Below, in pieces: positions 57,955-64,000 of a stretch of DNA of 64,000 nt. The notes below the pieces were generated by a model that searched no databases, had not been told where the DNA came from, and worked only from the letters and a program-made list of their open reading frames with translations. Both the position numbers and the translations under genes were made by a program. Source of the DNA: the human T2T-CHM13v2.0 reference genome, Homo sapiens. How positions within the stretch are numbered: position 1 is the first letter of the stretch; each line of letters opens with the position of its first letter. The stretch lies in NCBI RefSeq assembly GCF_009914755.1, contig NC_060931.1; one strand, 5' to 3'.

Positions 57955-58200
57955 GCAACATTTACTGAGCCCTTTCTGTGCACCAGGCACTGTTTTAAGA
58001 GCTTTATATGTATTAAATCATTTAATCCCCACAATATGAAACAGATACTATTATCCCCATTATACTGATGAGAAAACTGAGGCAGACAGTCAAGTAACTC
58101 GCCCAATATGGCACAGGTAGGAAACAGCATAGCCAGGACTTAAACTTAAGAAGTCTGGCTTCAAAGTCTATGATCTTAACCATTACACGATAGCTACCTC
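57955..58200 (-). mobile_element. MIR, near full length
   Basis: CATTTACTGAGC..CCAGGCACTG..GATGAGAAAACTGAGGCA. Confidence 0.85.
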
Positions 58201-58748
58201 CCAAACTTGCTTACATACATAGAACAAAGATATGATTAATATCAAGGACTTCCTATATTTCAAAAGCCTGTAAAGTTAGGCAGACTGCAACAATAATCTA
58301 TCTTACTAATATTATACATTATTATCAGTGTAACTAGCTATATACTAATTTACCTGGATAATGATTCGTGTATTACCAAAGAAAGCCATGAAATATTAAC
58401 AGCATGGGGAAACAGAATCATCTATCACACATGAACCAACTATTTTACTAGTTTTAAGCATGTCAGCTTGAAGTATACATCATTTGTAATGAATAACATC
58501 AGAACTTGATTGCTAACTAAATGCAGACTCACTTCCGCTCATTTTCATTTATTGTGCATATTGCATTATATATGCTTGTTGGAAAAAGGTGGAGTTGCAG
58601 CTAACTTGCAGAGAAATTAACCACGTAACTATGAGTATACACATAAGTTTATGTCTAGGATATAGACTTCTGAGACATCTGTCACTATCTAAAGCCACAA
58701 GAGGCACAGAGTAAATATCCAAGTATTTATAGAAGGAAGAATGGCAGG

Positions 58749-59065
<317 letters not shown>

Positions 59066-59114
59066 CTAAGAGCCCTTGCTTTAGAGGGGAAAGTATTTGT
59101 AAAAAGTCATCAGA

Positions 59115-59255
59115 GCCTGCGTGCAGTGGCTCACACCTGTAATCCCAGCACTTTGGGAGGCTGAGGTGGGAGGATCGCTTGAGCCCAGGAGTTCTAGACT
59201 AATCTGAGCAACAAAGTTAAGACCCTGTCTCTACAAAAAAATTAAAAAATAAAAC
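59115..59255 (+). mobile_element. FLAM / Alu left monomer
   Basis: Single arm; TSD AAAAGTCA(T/C)CAGA. Confidence 0.85.
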
Positions 59256-60399
59256 AACACTTTAAAAGTCACCAGAAAACACACTAGATGAGATAAGAAA
59301 ATGTCACAAATATGGTTCTGGCCCCATTAAGTTCTTCTAGATATTTTTTACTCAAGACTTTCTTTGTTCCCCTGAAACTCAGAAAGAAAATATTCAGGGA
59401 TGCCAGGCACTAAAATGGCCAGAATTTTTAGAAAAGACTATGACACTAATATATGCAATATATTTAAATATGTAATACGTAAACTAATAAATGCACAGGA
59501 GCACTTAATTTAATACGGTTCAAGGCTGAAAGTAGCAAAATGAACGGAGTAACTAAGTTCCCTTAACATGAACTGGAGCCACTGAGAGATTTCTCTTTAA
59601 GAGCTGATACTCATTCTCTCTCCCCCTCAACCTGTCTCAAACTCTCAATTGAATCTTTGATGCTGTTGATATAAACTCATTACATAATCACTTGGCCTTT
59701 AGACTTCCTGAATGATATTTCAATTTTAATAAGACATGATGTGTACAAGTGGAAGGATTTGCTTGTACATTCTAACTATTGACTCAAACTGAAAGACCAA
59801 ATTCTGAAAAAAACCTGTTTCTAAAACTAATCTCTTTGAAAAGATGAAATTCTGCAAATTAAATCAAACATACATTCTAAAACATCAGAACTAACAGTTA
59901 TCTTCTGTTCCTCTTTGAGAGCTATGCTATGTTAAAAATCTGCCTCTTAAAGTCCTCAAAAGCTTCAAGATAAATGCCACAGAGTCCAGAAGAGCTCACC
60001 AGTAAAAAGATAGCAGGGATAAATAAGAATTGAGATCTTAGATTAACAAAATAGAAAGTGAAGAGACAAAAATGTTAGAAGCACAGGTTCAGTTTAGCTA
60101 TGAGAGCAAGCAGAAACACGTTTAAAACTTCAAAAAGTTCAACACCATGTTTAGGAATGGGTCCATTAGGACAGACCACAAAAGTATAATACTAACAAGA
60201 AATAGGACAGAATGTAATCATTAAAGGAGAGTGTGCAGGAAACTAAATGAGAAAAGGTCTTAAGAGGGGTTTGGAACCTGGCATTACAGCCACATGCCTA
60301 TTTTTTTCTTGGCCATTTTGGACTAATTTCATCCCCTGGGTTCTATAACATGACAAGCTACATGACAAAATTAGAGACATTTTTAAGCACCACAGGAAA

Positions 60400-60860
60400 T
60401 ATATTTTTCAGACTGCATCACAGTTCCTCAAAATATCACCTGTGATTGATTGTCATGATGTGCTAAGTCAGGCACGTGCCTTGAATGCCCAAGTGGCTGC
60501 TGTAGTTGACTGCTGTGGCAGTAACCATGACACAAAATACATGTGGATGGGATTATTTTAAATTCACAAGTGCTTACAAAAAGAAAATGACAAATTCAAG
60601 TCCATTAACTCTCACCTCAGGCCACAGTCTGAGCACCACAGCTTTCACGCCCAGTCTAAAAGCAGCTCTTACTTTTTGTAGCTACAAAGTTAGTACTGCT
60701 GAAACTCGTATACCAAACTTAGTTGTGTGACTTGCTGAATTACAAACAACAGGTGAATTTACAGTCCCTCCACACTTCTCATGTGAAAGTTAGGAAACTG
60801 ACTGGTAAAGAATGGGATTCTGAAACTTGGAAAGGAGACACCTGGTTGGACCTAAATGAA
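60400..60860 (+). mobile_element. ERVL-class internal (gag) relic
   Basis: Translation HVKVRKLTGKEWDSETWKGDTWLD resembles ERVL gag VKVRALIGKEWDPxTWxGDVWED. Confidence 0.7.
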
Positions 60861-61050
60861 CATGAGTCCATCATACTTCAAAAAGACAAAGCCAGAAAAA
60901 AAAAAATTCAAGGCAGCTTTAAAATAAATCCTCATTTTGAAAAGAATTAAGATTTATCCTACCTTTCTAGTAGGAGCTCATAAGAATGCCAACTTATATG
61001 TACAAGAAATAACAGAAATAGTCAAATATCATTTTGCAACCCATGATGAA

Positions 61051-61347
61051 ATTATTATTATTTTTAGAGACAGTCTTGTTCTGTTGCCCAGACTGGAGTG
61101 CACTGGCACAATCGTGGCTCACTGCCACCTTGAACTCCTGGGGTCAAGTGATCCTTCCTGCCTCAGCCTCTTGAGTAGCTGGGACTACAGGTGCATGCCA
61201 ACATGCTTGGTTAATGTATTATTTTTTTTTTGAGACAGGCTCTTGCTATGTTGCCCAGGCTGGTCTTGAATGCCTGACATCAAGCAACCGTCCCACCTCA
61301 GCCTTCCAACGTGCTGGAATTATAAGCATAAACCACATTGCCTGGCC
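61051..61347 (-). mobile_element. AluJ
   Basis: TSD CAT(G/A)ATGAAATTATT. Confidence 0.9.
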
Positions 61348-62094
61348 CATAATGAAATTATTGATTAAGGTAGGGATTATCTACTGGAATGTAAAACAAT
61401 TAGGCTAAAGTCTGATAGGGAATTGAACATTCATAAACTAACAAGCTACCATCACACAAACTACATTATATTACAAAGGAGGAAAGTGAACTTTAAAAAT
61501 GGAAGGAACAGACTTTCATCTTAATCCAGTGGTCAACCCTAGCATCACTAATAGAAGGTCAACTGAACGCTGTATATATACTAAGACATAGCATCAAGTA
61601 CCTATGATATATTCTAGCCCAAAATATTTAACTTTAAAAAACTAATCCTCTAAGCCTCTCAGTTTTTCTCAATCAGGATTCTAGGAAAGAATTATATCCT
61701 ATAGGTTGGGTGTGGTGGTTCACGTTTGTAATCTCATCATTAAGGGAGGCCAAGGAGAGAGGATCACTTGAGACCAGGTTTGAGACCATAGAGAAGCTCT
61801 ATATCTACAAAAAAAAAAATTGTACAGAATTAAGCCCTTCAGAAAATTATCTGAGTGCCCATCTTCTTAATTATCCTAAGGGCGGTATATAGCTAGAACC
61901 ATTATTAATGTAGAGGAAAGAATTCATTACATATAACGAATAGCTTTAGGCTTAATTCTCTTGAGGAACCCCTACTGAGAAGGGCTGTTTTAGATACAAC
62001 TTCCAATTAGAGGAAATACAGAGAAAAGAAAAACATGCTAAAGGAAACGAAGGAGAGGCAATCAGAAAATCATAAAGGTAAGATAATTCTATAA

Positions 62095-62520
<426 letters not shown>

Positions 62521-62804
62521 TGTAAAGAATATCTTAGGACCAACTGGTGAAATGTGAATATGGTCTGGGTTTATCAGATGATATGAAAACTTACTAACTT
62601 GAAAAGGTAAGCAGATGACTGAAAAAGCAAGATGCAGAAGAATAAGTAAAGTATAATTTCATTTGGGCTTAAAAAATCTGTATATATATCCATAAATATG
62701 TTCATAGAGGATATGTATTAAAGGGTTAACTGTATGATCTCCAGATGGTTTGAGTGAAATTTGCTGTACATATTTTCTAATTTTCCATAAAACTATTTCT
62801 TTAA

Positions 62805-63209
<405 letters not shown>

Positions 63210-63304
63210 TGAACACAATTTTTAATAGAATTTTAATTTTTTTTCAAACTAAAAGATCTATGAACTTGCTATACTGAAACACATCTCTGAAAAATAATTT
63301 ACTA

Positions 63305-63543
63305 CAGGTTAAGTATCCCTAATCCAAAACTCCAAAATGCTCCAAAATCCAAAACTTTTTGAGTGCCAACATAACGCTCAAAGGGAATGCTCACTGGAGC
63401 ATTTCAGATTAGGAATGCTGAACCACAAAGTATAATGCAAATATTCCAAAATTTTAAAAACTCAGAAATCCTAAATACTACTTTTTTTACCCTACCCTAA
63501 ACCCTTCTGGTCCCAAGCCTTTCAGTAAGGGATATTCAACCTG
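63305..63543 (-). mobile_element. Tigger4a/MER46-like element, full length
   Basis: TIRs CAGGTTAAGTATCCCT / AGGGATATTCAACCTG with TA TSD. Confidence 0.88.
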
Positions 63544-63627
63544 TATCCACATTATTGAGAAAATTAAGCTGGACTATAAAGACTTAAAAATGAGATATGG
63601 GCTAATCAATTTATTAGCATCTACTTT

Positions 63628-63835
63628 AGGAACCAGTAAACATTTTCTATAAAGAACCAGATAAACCGTCTACACTTTGCAAGCCATATGGTCTCTGAAA
63701 AATACTCAATTATGCTGATGTAGACCAAAATAATGGACAAAATATAACCAAATGGGCATAACTGTGTTCCAACAAAGCTTTATTTACAAAAAGAGGCAGC
63801 CAACCCATAAACTATAGATTTACACACTCCTGCTC
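63628..63835. mobile_element. MER58-like hAT element
   Basis: AAACATTTTCTATAAAGAACCAGATA..TGTGTTCCAACAAAGCTTTATTTACAAAA. Confidence 0.65.
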
Positions 63836-64000
63836 TAGAGTATTAAAAATGTCAACTAACTGAAAGGAGCTTAATCACATCTAATTTTTTAAAAAATGTG
63901 TATTAGCTCATCCATAATGCGATACTCCTCAAAGGTCAAGTAAAATCTTCTATCACCTTTCAGTTCATCTTTAAGAGACAATCCTTTCTTTTATCTCTCA

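Overview
Human genomic DNA (the AluYb8 copy is human-specific) from the IRF5-TNPO3 locus on chr7q32. The first ~0.92 kb is the 3' UTR end of IRF5 (+). It carries the AATAAA-forming allele at the proximal poly(A) site, and its distal poly(A) signal lies inside a MaLR LTR. After a ~4.1 kb gap, the convergent gene TNPO3 (transportin-3/TRN-SR2, - strand) fills the rest of the window. I traced 18 coding exons with GT-AG boundaries and consistent phases (exons 5-22 by my recalled numbering, about residues 185-923), plus the non-coding last exon; the window ends in intron 4. The introns contain ~45 Alu elements, L1, MIR, L2, Tigger/MER DNA transposons, MER4D and MST solo LTRs, an ERVL gag relic and a full-length 7SL pseudogene. 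No prokaryotic-type system and no new protein-coding gene is supported. The most interesting signals are RNA-processing features: a hairpin over the exon 11 acceptor paired with an in-frame upstream acceptor, alternative C-termini around the stop codon, tandem poly(A) sites gating an RNA G-quadruplex and a miR-30 site, and inverted Alus around in-frame exons. Repeat subfamily names and boundaries were assigned by eye and are approximate.
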